Assembly: GCA_028286645.1 (NCBI GenBank)
Contig: JAQBRF010000002.1
Location: forward strand, 122,518 to 186,517
DNA length: 64,000 nucleotides
DNA from: Candidatus Nomurabacteria bacterium
GTDB taxonomy: Bacteria > Patescibacteriota > Minisyncoccia > Phycocordibacterales > UBA5272
Direction: 5' to 3'
This document shows positions 28,302 through 37,910 of this stretch, piece after piece. The first letter of the stretch is position 1; each line of letters begins with the position of its first letter. The position numbers and the translations under genes are program-made. A model generated the notes under the pieces. It had not been told where the DNA came from. It did not search any database and was given only the letters and a program-made list of their open reading frames with translations.

Positions 28302-29108
28302 CTATTTACTGTAGCAATTTTTAATCACTTCAAAAAAAGATGTTGCGTCTTGGGATGCCTGTCCAATTAAAAGTCCATCCACTCCGCCTTCATCTAAAAA
28401 TATCTTGGCATCATCTTTATGTACTCCTCCTCCATATAAAATATTCACTTTCTTTGCATAGTCCATTCCCACTAATGACACTAAAGATCGCCTTATGGAG
28501 ATAACTACCTCGAAACATTCCTGTGGAGTAGCAGGAACTGACTGACCTATTGCCCAGACTGGTTCATACGCTATGATTAAATAATCAAAGAGATTCTTCG
28601 GCGCGAGAGTCAGAGACTCTTTTAAATCTTCCTCTAAGAAACTTAAGTATTTGCCTTCTTTGTCTCTCTTACTTTCACCTATGCAGAGCACTGTTGTAAA
28701 TTTGGATTGAAGAGAAAGTGCTACCTTATGCATTCTTTCTTCCTCACTTTCTCCTCTTTTCCTAACTTCGCTATGCCCAACTAATGTAAAGTCTGCTCCG
28801 CCCGTTAAAAGCTGAGATGGAATAGTTGCTCCAGTGGTTTGACCTAAAGATATTCCTCCTATATTCTGCGACCCTATAAATCCGGAGGAGATTTCTTTTA
28901 TATGTGGAATAAAGATTTCTGGGACAGCCAGATAATATGGCTTCTTTGGCAGCTTAGGATGGGCAGACAAAACTTTCTTTTCTAAAAGCTTTACGATTTT
29001 AATCGCATTTTGTAATGTGTCCGGAGTTGATTTCCAGTTCCCGATTAATATTGGCAAGGTGCGTTTATTCATTACAAAATTATACCAGAAGAACCAAACA
29101 TTAGACAT
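28302..29108 (-). CDS. tpiA: Triosephosphate isomerase
   Basis: IGNWKS, catalytic CIGESKRD and AYEPVWAIG, and YGGGV. The start may be the internal Met MNKRT. Confidence 0.9.
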   Translation of the reverse strand: MSNVWFFWYNFVMNKRTLPILIGNWKSTPDTLQNAIKIVKLLEKKVLSAHPKLPKKPYYLAVPEIFIPHIKEISSGFIGSQNIGGISLGQTTGATIPSQLLTGGADFTLVGHSEVRKRGESEEERMHKVALSLQSKFTTVLCIGESKRDKEGKYLSFLEEDLKESLTLAPKNLFDYLIIAYEPVWAIGQSVPATPQECFEVVISIRRSLVSLVGMDYAKKVNILYGGGVHKDDAKIFLDEGGVDGLLIGQASQDATSFFEVIKNCYSK

Positions 29109-29251
29109 TAGATTATAGATGTTAGATTATACTTTCTTCAAAAGAAAATGACACTGTTTGCGCTTATAAGCGAGTGATCCCTATTTGATATTGATGTGCT
29201 TGGGATATAGCGAAATAAAAACAGGCGACGCTTGCGCGCCGCCTGGCTGAC

Positions 29252-29833
29252 TTAGAGGTTTTCGAAATCCGAAGGCCGTAAGGGCGGGATTCTCCAGGGG
29301 GAAGGCCACCTCAATTCTTTGTAGACGAAGCCATAGAAAGCCCTTCCTTCGTCTTGCGCCAGAAATTGGCACATGAATAAGTCGGCGAGATCGGAATGAA
29401 GCTGGGATAGGGGCTCGCACCCCAGTATTCCGCTCAACATCCTGTACTCGCCATACCGCCCGATTTGGTTTTCGATGGCCCAAGTGGCTACCGCTACTTC
29501 GGCATTACCAGGGTGGTGGTCTTCTCCGAGATAGGTTTGACCAAGAATGCTTTCGTAAAGCTCCCGCCCTCGCTCGCTTACCCCCCAGAGGACAAGCGTA
29601 GTGAGCACGCTCCCACTGTATGAGGTGAGTCCATCGGGAACATTAGAGAGCGTCGCGATGAGCGGGCAAGTGGCCTCTCCCATGCCTACGGACTTCATCG
29701 CGTATACGGCCCAAGCTTTTAGACATTTCACTTGTGCGATGTTTTCCTGATCCACGGGATGGAGTGGTATGGTCCACTCGTCCGTCACTTCGACATCTTG
29801 CGCTCTTGGGTAATCCGCTTCGAAAGCCGCCAT
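29252..29833 (-). CDS. Hypothetical protein (193 aa) in a GC-rich, probably horizontally acquired island
   Basis: ORF track. GC content clearly above background. No recognised domain. Downstream partner of the 2H phosphoesterase gene. Confidence 0.5.
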   Translation of the reverse strand: MAAFEADYPRAQDVEVTDEWTIPLHPVDQENIAQVKCLKAWAVYAMKSVGMGEATCPLIATLSNVPDGLTSYSGSVLTTLVLWGVSERGRELYESILGQTYLGEDHHPGNAEVAVATWAIENQIGRYGEYRMLSGILGCEPLSQLHSDLADLFMCQFLAQDEGRAFYGFVYKELRWPSPWRIPPLRPSDFENL

Positions 29834-29970
29834 GGCGTTTTCCTTAATAATGTTCAGTTATCTGGCTCAAAGGCCAGGATTAAATTACTCTACCACAGCA
29901 GAAAAAATAAATCCCTATACGAAGTTTTGACACTTAGTGTAGGGATAAAGCACGGTCTCCATTTGCTGAT

Positions 29971-30570
29971 TTAAACACGGGGAATGATTGGTCGCCACGA
30001 GTTTCCACGCCTCTCGCATATTGTAGAACATGCCAGTTGGAAAGTAACAGGCGGACTTGTGGGTGCACTTTCCACAACTCTCCTCAGCGCATCCCTCCCC
30101 GCCTGCGTGAGCTCCTCCTTTTTGATGATATCAGCTGTCACGTGGGGTTTTACTTTGGTGGGGATATCTTTTTTCCAGCTGAATCCATCCAGTGTGGTAA
30201 CCCTCTGCCGCTGCTCTGTGACCCACTCCTGAAACGCTATTTCCAGTCCTCTTTTGGTTCTCACCTCAAAGTACGTGGCAACTTCATCATCAAACTCCAT
30301 TAGTGTAGGCTGACGGATGGAGAATGTGAGATACCGAATGATGTTATCGCGTTCGTACTGAAGTTTCAGGTAAAGCCGGTTAAGTGCAACCGCTGCTTCG
30401 TGGGAGCAGTAATATGGCGGAATGATTGTGATATGCAGGTCTTCTTGCCGGATGATGACCGCGTCCCTTCCCGTTACCATTCTCGCGGCTATGGAATATT
30501 TTTGTACGCGAGCAAGTACGGTAGGAGAAAGGATTCTCACCCCTAAGTAAAACAGTCCAATCTCAGACAT
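29971..30570 (-). CDS. 2H phosphoesterase superfamily protein (LigT / 2'-5' RNA ligase / cyclic phosphodiesterase-like)
   Basis: Two H-x-T/S-x motifs in a GC-rich gene: HITIIPP and KPHVTADII. Confidence 0.5.
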   Translation of the reverse strand: MSEIGLFYLGVRILSPTVLARVQKYSIAARMVTGRDAVIIRQEDLHITIIPPYYCSHEAAVALNRLYLKLQYERDNIIRYLTFSIRQPTLMEFDDEVATYFEVRTKRGLEIAFQEWVTEQRQRVTTLDGFSWKKDIPTKVKPHVTADIIKKEELTQAGRDALRRVVESAPTSPPVTFQLACSTICERRGNSWRPIIPRV

Positions 30571-30782
30571 GGTTTCCCCCTTTAATCTAAGTTTAGCTTT
30601 ATCCTATCAAATACCCCCAAACTTAACACTTGCAAAAAATGGAAACTATTATATAATAAAGAAGTTACTGGATGTGTACTGTTTAACCGGCCCCGAAATG
30701 GCCGGTCGAATTTTTATAAAATTAGGATTTATTAATTGAATTAGCTTATGGCTATAAAGCTATCGGCTAACAACTATTCACT

Positions 30783-32183
30783 ATGTTAGATATTAAAGCT
30801 CTAAAAGTTGCCTTAGAACAACTTGAACAAGAAAAGAAAATAAGCCACGAAAAAGTGGTAGATGCAGTAGAAAAGTCTCTTGCTGCGGCATATCAGAAAG
30901 AATATGGAAAGCGCGGACAGATTGTTCGTTGCCGTATTAACTTTGATACAGGAGAAACTACTTTTGAACAAATAAAAGTTGTTGTCGATGAGACTACTGT
31001 TCGTATGCCTGTAGAAGGAGAAGAAGAGGTTTATGAACCAATTCCGAAAGAAGGCGAAGAAGACGGACTTCTTCCTCGTTACAATGAAGAGCGTCATATT
31101 TTATTAAATACAGCGAAGCTTTTAAAGAAAAATGCTGAGCTTGGCGAAGAAATTGTCTTCCCTCTTGATGACCAAGACGACTTCGGAAGAATTGCCGCAC
31201 AAACAGCAAAGCAGGTTATCGTTCAGAAACTTCGCGAAGCAGAACGTGAATCAATCGTTGGAGAATTTAGCGATAAAGAAGGAACCATTGTTTCTGGTAT
31301 CGTTCAAAGAATCGAACGTGGCACAGCATTCATCGACCTTGGACGCACAACAGCGATCCTTCCTTTCGAAGAGCAGATCGCGTCAGAAAGACTGCGCCCC
31401 GGAGAAAGAATCCGCACTTACCTCTTCTCAATAGAAGAAGGGTTCCGCGGACTTTCTATTCGCCTGTCACGCACACATCCAAAATTCCTTATTGAATTAT
31501 TTAAAAATGAATCAGCCGAAATCGCTCAAGGTGTAGTAGAAATCGTTGCTGTTGCTCGTGAACCAGGTTCCAGATCAAAGATCGCTGTGAAATCAAATGA
31601 TGAAAGAATAGATCCAATCGGAGCATGTGTAGGTCAGCGCGGTTCCCGCGTATCGGCCATCACTGATGAACTTTCTGGTGAAAAGATTGACGTGATCGAA
31701 TGGTCAGGAGATGCAAGACGATTTATAGCAACTGCCCTTTCTCCGGCTAAGGCAATATCAATAGAATTAAATGAAGAGGATAAGAAAGCGATTGTAACGG
31801 TAGATAAAGGAGAACAATCTCTTGCTATAGGTAAAGGAGGACAAAACGTTCGTCTTGCTGCGAAATTAACTGGATGGAAAATTGATATTATTTCTGGAGG
31901 AGAAACAATCGCGGAAGCCGATCAGCAAGGAGCATTTACAGAAGCGCAAAGAAGTGAGCAGCTAACTGAGGAAGCTGAACAGATGCTAACTGATATTAGT
32001 CAGTCGGGTACTGAGCCAACTCCTATACTAGATGAATCCGTTGCTGGAGTATTAGATACAACGTCCGAGCCACAGAAAATTGCTGATAAAATAAACAGTG
32101 ATGACGGAGATGAAACGATGAATACGGAAAAAGCTCAGGACGTAAAAGAAATTTCAGTTACTCCAGAAGAAGCAGAGAAATAA
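30783..32183 (+). CDS. nusA: Transcription termination/antitermination factor NusA
   Basis: NusA N-terminal domain (KKISHEKVVDAVEKSLAAAYQK). S1 region. KH domains (GACVGQRGSRVSAITDELSGEKIDV... and AIGKGGQNVRLAAKLTGWKIDI). Confidence 0.9.
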   Translation: MLDIKALKVALEQLEQEKKISHEKVVDAVEKSLAAAYQKEYGKRGQIVRCRINFDTGETTFEQIKVVVDETTVRMPVEGEEEVYEPIPKEGEEDGLLPRYNEERHILLNTAKLLKKNAELGEEIVFPLDDQDDFGRIAAQTAKQVIVQKLREAERESIVGEFSDKEGTIVSGIVQRIERGTAFIDLGRTTAILPFEEQIASERLRPGERIRTYLFSIEEGFRGLSIRLSRTHPKFLIELFKNESAEIAQGVVEIVAVAREPGSRSKIAVKSNDERIDPIGACVGQRGSRVSAITDELSGEKIDVIEWSGDARRFIATALSPAKAISIELNEEDKKAIVTVDKGEQSLAIGKGGQNVRLAAKLTGWKIDIISGGETIAEADQQGAFTEAQRSEQLTEEAEQMLTDISQSGTEPTPILDESVAGVLDTTSEPQKIADKINSDDGDETMNTEKAQDVKEISVTPEEAEK

Positions 32184-32257
32184 TAAACTAGATATCAGAT
32201 GTTAGAAATTCAATTCAAAAATTACCAATAACTATTAACCATTAACGACTAACTTTT

Positions 32258-32794
32258 ATGTTACTTAACTTAACTGACGGTGTCTCTTTAGGAGATAATG
32301 CTCCACAGGAAATAAATGTCATTATTGAAATTCCAAAGGGATCTCATAATAAATATGAGATCAATAAGGAAAATGGTCTTCTTGAACTAGATAGAGCCAA
32401 TTACTCAGATGCGGCCTATCCAGTTGAATATGGCTTTGCTCCACAAACTTTATGGGAAGACGGAGATCCTCTTGACGTTCTTGTGCTTGCTACCTACCCT
32501 ATTCCGCCGCTGACTTTAGTTAAAGTACGCCCTGTTGCAGTCATGGAGATGACAGATGAAGGAGAATCAGATTATAAGATTCTTGCCGTTCCTGTAAAGG
32601 ATAAGCGCTGGGAGGATGTGAATGATTTAGAAGATCTTAACAAGCATACTCTTAAAGAAATACAGCATTTTTTTGAAACCTATAAACAACTAAAAGGTAC
32701 AGCGGAGGTAGTTATTTCAGGATTCAAAGGAAAAGACGCTGCATATGAGGCGGTAAAGAAGTCCATTGAGTTATACAAAAATAAAAATAAATAA
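32258..32794 (+). CDS. ppa: Inorganic pyrophosphatase
   Basis: IIEIPKGSHNKYE...YPVEYGFAPQTLWEDGDPLDVLVL is a family I PPase signature. Confidence 0.9.
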   Translation: MLLNLTDGVSLGDNAPQEINVIIEIPKGSHNKYEINKENGLLELDRANYSDAAYPVEYGFAPQTLWEDGDPLDVLVLATYPIPPLTLVKVRPVAVMEMTDEGESDYKILAVPVKDKRWEDVNDLEDLNKHTLKEIQHFFETYKQLKGTAEVVISGFKGKDAAYEAVKKSIELYKNKNK

Positions 32795-32796
32795 GT

Positions 32797-33870
32797 ATGA
32801 AGATAGAAAAGAAGGATCTGCCCAAATCAGAGGTAGAATTTAAAATAGTTTTAGATGAAAAGGAATTCGAAAGTTACCACAATAAAGGGTTTAAGAAAGT
32901 GCAGGAAGTTATAGAAGTTGATGGATTTAGAAAAGGCAACGCCACTGAGGATGCCATAGTGAAAAAGTACGGTGATATGATCATCTTGGAAGAAATGGCA
33001 AACCTCGCCATTCAAGATGCTTATATAAAAGCAATCGACGAGCACAAGATCTCCCCTATTACACAGCCCAGAGTTACTATTACAAAAATCGCAAAAGGAA
33101 ATCCGCTAGAGCTTACTATTACTGTTCCTGTTATTCCAGAAGTTACTCTTCCGAAGTACAAAAAGTTAGCCCAAGATGCTGTAAAAGACGATGAAAAGAT
33201 AGAAGTAACAGATAAGGATATCCAAGATGTTTTAGAAGAGCTTAGAAAGGGCCGAACACACCAGCATGAACACGAACATGCTCACCAGCATGATCATTCA
33301 CATGAAGGTCACGATCATGCTCACGACCAAATAGATGCGAAGCTTCCAGAATTAAATGATGACTTCGCAAAAAGCTTTGGTGAAAACTTTAAATCGATTG
33401 ATGATTTGAAAACAAAAGTCGGAGAAAATTTAAAGCTTGAAAAGGAGCAAAAGCTTCGCGAAAAAAGACGACAAAGAATTATGGAGAAGTTAATAGAAGA
33501 AACTAAATGCGATCTCCCGGAAGCTGTGGTAGAAAGCGAATTAAATAACATGCTTGCTCAGATGAAGGCAGATGTTACGAGATTCGGTGGTACATGGGAA
33601 GAATATCTAACTCATTCTAAAAAAACCGAAGACGAAATTAAACAAGGTTGGAAAGAAGACGCTCGTAAGCGCGCATTAAGCCAGCTTATATTACAGAGAA
33701 TTGCAGAGGCAGAGAAAATCGCGCCGACCGACGAAGAAATTGAGGTCGAGCTAGTAAGGTTGCTAACTCAAGTACAAGATGCAGATGAAGAAAGGGCAAG
33801 AACTTATCTACATCAAGTGTTGACTAACGAAAAAGTCCTCAAATTCCTTGAAGGAGAAGAGAAGAAATAA
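32797..33870 (+). CDS. tig: Trigger factor (truncated form lacking the PPIase domain, with a His-rich insert)
   Basis: N-terminal ribosome-binding domain with GFRKGN (compare GFRKGKVP). The C-terminal TF domain follows directly. 357 aa versus about 430 for canonical TF. His-rich stretch HQHEHEHAHQHDHSHEGHDHAHD. Confidence 0.75.
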   Translation: MKIEKKDLPKSEVEFKIVLDEKEFESYHNKGFKKVQEVIEVDGFRKGNATEDAIVKKYGDMIILEEMANLAIQDAYIKAIDEHKISPITQPRVTITKIAKGNPLELTITVPVIPEVTLPKYKKLAQDAVKDDEKIEVTDKDIQDVLEELRKGRTHQHEHEHAHQHDHSHEGHDHAHDQIDAKLPELNDDFAKSFGENFKSIDDLKTKVGENLKLEKEQKLREKRRQRIMEKLIEETKCDLPEAVVESELNNMLAQMKADVTRFGGTWEEYLTHSKKTEDEIKQGWKEDARKRALSQLILQRIAEAEKIAPTDEEIEVELVRLLTQVQDADEERARTYLHQVLTNEKVLKFLEGEEKK

Positions 33871-34008
33871 TTATTGAGCTTTGAATAAAACGCTTAGGAA
33901 TAGGCGTTTTATTCTTATTATTTTGGATATTGACAACCTTAACAATTAATGCTATAATAATAAAGAATGTGGGTTTTCTCATAAAACGTTCTACGAAAAG
34001 GAAAAATC

Positions 34009-34797
34009 GTGAAGAAATTCGATCGAGACTACGCAGCGTCGCTGGCTCACACGGTGGGCGAGCTTTCCTGCGAAGAGTTTCAGCATGCAGGAGTTGGAAC
34101 CGTCTGGAAGGAGGATGAAACCCCCTTTACGGTGGGTGACAAGATCGCACATGAGTTCCTGGTGAACTCAGTGCGGCGCGATTTCCCGCGGATGAGCATC
34201 ATCAGCGAAGAGGGGCTCGACACAATCGAGTACCCGGAGTACACCTTCCTCTGCGATCCGATCGACGGGAGCATCCCCTTCAATCAGGGGATCCCGATCT
34301 GGACCAATGTGTTCTCGGTCCTTCGCGAGGGTGAGCCGATCCTCGCGGCGATCAACGATCCGGTGATGAAAAGGCTTTTCATCGCCGAGAAAGGCAAGGG
34401 CGCCACATTGAACGGCCAACCGATTCGGGTTTCCCAGAAGTCGGAGCTGAAAAACGCCGAGATCGTCGGTGTCTGGTGGAGGGGCTCTAAGTTTCGCCTC
34501 CATAACATCTTCGGCGAGCTGATGGAGCGCGGTGCGGGCTGGGCGAACCCCTGCTCAATCGCGCACCCGGCGGCAAACGTCGCGCGCGGTGTGATCGAGG
34601 CTACCATCTTTGCGGGCGACAAGCCGTGGGAGACGGCAGCGATCAAGCTCATCGTCGAAGAAGCTGGCGGACGAGTCACCGACATCTACGGTGACGAGTT
34701 CAAACGTCTCGATGGCCCGATCAAAGGCCACATCGCAAGCAATGGGCTCATTCACGAGGAACTCGTCAAGATCTCGCAGTCTTTCAACTGTGCCTGA
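34009..34797 (+). CDS. Inositol monophosphatase (IMPase/SuhB/CysQ) family protein, GC-rich, horizontally acquired
   Basis: Metal-binding motifs ISEEG and DPIDGS, plus the WxDP-like region. About 58% GC against a background of about 38%. GTG start. Own terminator downstream. Confidence 0.85.
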   Translation: MKKFDRDYAASLAHTVGELSCEEFQHAGVGTVWKEDETPFTVGDKIAHEFLVNSVRRDFPRMSIISEEGLDTIEYPEYTFLCDPIDGSIPFNQGIPIWTNVFSVLREGEPILAAINDPVMKRLFIAEKGKGATLNGQPIRVSQKSELKNAEIVGVWWRGSKFRLHNIFGELMERGAGWANPCSIAHPAANVARGVIEATIFAGDKPWETAAIKLIVEEAGGRVTDIYGDEFKRLDGPIKGHIASNGLIHEELVKISQSFNCA

Positions 34798-34814
34798 CTC
34801 GCAATGAGTCGATC

Positions 34815-34852
34815 ACCCTGCTTCGGGCAACTGGAGCAGGGTGTGTTTTTTT
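34815..34852 (+). terminator. Rho-independent terminator after the IMPase gene
   Basis: accctgct tcgggcaactgg agcagggt followed by GTGTTTTTTT. Confidence 0.65.
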
Positions 34853-34877
34853 AGAAGCATAGTATAATCATTAAAAT

Positions 34878-35885
34878 ATGAACTATTCTCAAAAACCTCT
34901 TATTGATTTGATGAAAGAAGGTAAATTCCCCGGAGAAATAATTAAGCCAAAGCATATAGAAACTGTTATTTCTAATGTTTTTATTTTTGATACAAAAGTA
35001 TATAAAATATACAAAAATGATAACGAATTTTTTAATAGAGAGTTCCGAGATGTTTCAGGAAAAGAGGCCAGGTTCTCTTTCACTAAGAGAGACTTCGAGT
35101 GGAACCACTCCCTTAGTCCATCTATCTATACAGACATTGTAGGTGTGCGAGTTAGGGATGGTATAATAGAAGTAATTTCTCCAGATGAAAAGGCTGAGGA
35201 TCTGGTTATTGTAATGAATAGGGCCAACACAAATGATGTTCTGTTTGAAAAGTTAATCAGTAACCAAATATCTAAAGAAGATAGTTATGTTATAGGTAAG
35301 GAGCTAGCTAGAAGTTTAAAAACGGTGCAAAAGAAAATTTTCAACCAGAACTACTTCGATCTTTATAAAGGAAGAGTGGATGATCTCCGTAGCTGGATTA
35401 AACTTGTGCCTGAATACATAAGCGAAGAAGAGTCCGGCGCTTATTGCGACTTCTTAGAAAGGTCTATGGAAAAAAATAGGGAGTTATTTGAAAACGAATT
35501 ATCAAATGAACTCGTTGCAGACGGAGATTTTCATAGTCATAATGCCATTTACTCCGGTGGGGAATTTCTTCTGATGGACACATTCCCTCCAAAAGAAGAG
35601 TGGGGAATTGGGCATCATCACATACCCGTGTATAGAATAGGTACAGATATTTGGGCTTTATCAGGAAAGAAAGATTTTTTTAATGAATTCATTCGTGGGT
35701 ACGAAGAAATAAGCGGTAAAAAGATAGAGAAGAGATTAGAAGATTTATATGTTGTGTACGCTTCCGGAATCGCCGTGTCTTATTTGTACATGCTACAGAA
35801 GACAGATAAAGAAAAGAAACCATTTGCGGAGAGATTCCATAAATTCCTAAGAGACTTCGTAGAAGAAAGAAAGCTACTTAGCTAA
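34878..35885 (+). CDS. Phosphotransferase-family (APH/choline-kinase-like) protein kinase-fold enzyme
   Basis: Catalytic loop DGDFHSHN matches HGDxHxxN. The following LLMDTF is a DFG-like metal-binding motif. Confidence 0.55.
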   Translation: MNYSQKPLIDLMKEGKFPGEIIKPKHIETVISNVFIFDTKVYKIYKNDNEFFNREFRDVSGKEARFSFTKRDFEWNHSLSPSIYTDIVGVRVRDGIIEVISPDEKAEDLVIVMNRANTNDVLFEKLISNQISKEDSYVIGKELARSLKTVQKKIFNQNYFDLYKGRVDDLRSWIKLVPEYISEEESGAYCDFLERSMEKNRELFENELSNELVADGDFHSHNAIYSGGEFLLMDTFPPKEEWGIGHHHIPVYRIGTDIWALSGKKDFFNEFIRGYEEISGKKIEKRLEDLYVVYASGIAVSYLYMLQKTDKEKKPFAERFHKFLRDFVEERKLLS

Positions 35886-35886
35886 T

Positions 35887-36990
35887 CTATTTAACTTCGA
35901 CTGACTTACCATCTTTAACTTGGAAAATTTTCTCAACTCTTTCAGAAAAGTTTCCTCCATTCATATTAACGGGAAATGTAGTGGCATTTGTTTTTAGGTT
36001 TTTTAAGGCTTCTGTAACTGTTGTGTTATTTTTTATCGCTTTTATCTTTGCTTCGGTTAATGTAACGGCTGAATCATAACCGACTGACACGAATGAAGGA
36101 TTGCCAGTTTCTTCTCCGAACATTTCTTTGTATTTCTTTTTCATCTCCTCTGGCTTTTCAGTAAAAATGCTTGAGTAATATAATCCTTCGGCTGCATCGC
36201 TGCCATCTTTTATTTCATAGTCCTGTACTGCGTCTGCACCAAATAGCTTCGCATTTAAATTTAGTTGATCCGCTTGCTTTAGGAACACCTCGTTAGAAGG
36301 AGGAAGGAAAATAAAATACACTCCTTCTGCCCCGTCTGCTTTCATCTTTGTGATATAAGAACGGAAGTCCTTTGTAGACACTTGTACCCTGTCACGCAGT
36401 ACTATCTGGCCTCCTAAAGAAGAGAATTCTTTTGAGAATGTATCTGCGAGCACATCTGCTACAGGATCTATATGTCCTAATATAGCCATTTTACGCAAAC
36501 CCAAATCAGTATATGCAAAGTCGGCTGTCTTTTTTGCATTTGCTTCTGAAGTAAAACCAATCGTAAATATGTAATTTCCAGAAGTTTTTAATTCTTCATT
36601 GCTGTCCCAACCAATAAGCAAAGGGACTTTTGCTTTGTTAAATATCTGTCCTGTTGGGCGCGCTTCTTCTCCAGCCGCTCCAAACACTGCATCAACTTTA
36701 TCTGCCTGAGTAAGTTTTTGCGCAGCCGATACCATCTTTACAGAATCAAATTGATCATCCTCGACAATATAATTTATATTATAGCCTTTATCTTTATACT
36801 CCTTTACTGCTATTTGGGCACCACGATTTATTTCTTCTCCGGCGCTGCTAAAGTCACCAGACAAAGGTAAAATCGCTCCTATTTTAATGGTTTCTGTATA
36901 TGATACCCCTGGCTTTCTATCTTTATAGATCAGAGCAGCAAGAATAATTACGAACCCAAGTAAAAGTATAAAAAGACGGTTTTTAAGCAT
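35887..36990 (-). CDS. LivK/PBP1-type substrate-binding protein, membrane-anchored
   Basis: IKIGAILPLSGDFSSAGEEINRGAQIAVKEYKDKG plus an N-terminal TM anchor. Confidence 0.8.
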   Translation of the reverse strand: MLKNRLFILLLGFVIILAALIYKDRKPGVSYTETIKIGAILPLSGDFSSAGEEINRGAQIAVKEYKDKGYNINYIVEDDQFDSVKMVSAAQKLTQADKVDAVFGAAGEEARPTGQIFNKAKVPLLIGWDSNEELKTSGNYIFTIGFTSEANAKKTADFAYTDLGLRKMAILGHIDPVADVLADTFSKEFSSLGGQIVLRDRVQVSTKDFRSYITKMKADGAEGVYFIFLPPSNEVFLKQADQLNLNAKLFGADAVQDYEIKDGSDAAEGLYYSSIFTEKPEEMKKKYKEMFGEETGNPSFVSVGYDSAVTLTEAKIKAIKNNTTVTEALKNLKTNATTFPVNMNGGNFSERVEKIFQVKDGKSVEVK

Positions 36991-37165
36991 ATATTAAAAT
37001 TGTAGTGTTCATTCTCCGTAAATAAGAAAATACTGTCAATATAAGGGACATAATTTACCCTTAAAACCTTATATGTAATAACATTTATTCATAACAAAGG
37101 GTAAACAAACAACTAACTGTTGTCCGGATAGTTGACAGTAAGGTAAATTCTTATAGAATAAGACT

Positions 37166-37909
37166 ATGGATGTCGAAAAAGAACTTATTAATTATGGCCT
37201 CGATGATAAGGAGGCAAAGATCTACTACGCACTGCTTCAGGTAGGTAAAGAAAGCGTATTTAATATAGCCAAAAAATCAGAAATAAAAAGAACAACGGCA
37301 TATGTTATTTTAAAATCTTTGGTAGATAAAGGTTTAGTGGGCACAGAAAAGACCAGAAAAGCACTGCTCTACTTTTCTTTGCATCCTAAGAAACTTCTCA
37401 CTCAGTTGGAACAAAAGAAAAGAAATCTTGAAGAGGTAATGCCAGCTATTATGGCGGTCTACAATACTTTGCCTGAGAAGCCTTCCATTCAGATTTATGA
37501 AGGGATCGAAGCAATGAAAGAGTTATACAAAGAATCTTTTGATTATATGAAGAAACGCAAGGAAATAGTTTATTTTGGAGATGCTCATCATTTGGAAAAG
37601 TATCCCGAATTAATAAATATGTTTATTCGGGAGATGAAAAATAAAAGCTATAACGCTCGCGAGCTGCTTCCAGATGATAATTTCCACCGAGAGTATGCAA
37701 GGCGTCAAATGGAAGGAGGCAATCCTAAGCACAAAATCAGATTCCTGCCCAAAGATTTACTTTTTCTTAATGATAACGGGGTATATGATAATCGTTTAAT
37801 TATTTACTCCACACAGAAAGAGCTCTTCGCAATTGTAATAGAAAGTGAACCCATAGCCAGAACCTATAAGTCTATGTTTGAAATGGCGTGGCAAATGGCT
37901 AAAGGATGA
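37166..37909 (+). CDS. TrmB-family transcriptional regulator
   Basis: YGLDDKEAKIYYALLQVGKESVFNIAKKSEIKRTTAYVILKSLVDKGLV is a wHTH. Divergent from the substrate-binding protein gene at 35887-36990. Confidence 0.75.
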   Translation: MDVEKELINYGLDDKEAKIYYALLQVGKESVFNIAKKSEIKRTTAYVILKSLVDKGLVGTEKTRKALLYFSLHPKKLLTQLEQKKRNLEEVMPAIMAVYNTLPEKPSIQIYEGIEAMKELYKESFDYMKKRKEIVYFGDAHHLEKYPELINMFIREMKNKSYNARELLPDDNFHREYARRQMEGGNPKHKIRFLPKDLLFLNDNGVYDNRLIIYSTQKELFAIVIESEPIARTYKSMFEMAWQMAKG

Positions 37910-37910
37910 T

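Noticed and set aside
29181-29483. 100-aa ORF overlapping the end of the GC-rich 193-aa gene
   Set aside because: Alternative frame inside a GC-rich gene. High GC content generates long spurious ORFs.
30660-30700. Hairpin ccggcc ccgaaat ggccgg in the divergent region between the 2H phosphoesterase and nusA
   Set aside because: It lies upstream of both divergent genes, so it cannot terminate either. Possibly an operator, but the evidence is insufficient to call a feature.
34080-34807. Four antisense and alternative-frame ORFs (65-133 aa) within the IMPase gene
   Set aside because: The IMPase frame has clear family motifs. The others are GC-driven artefacts.
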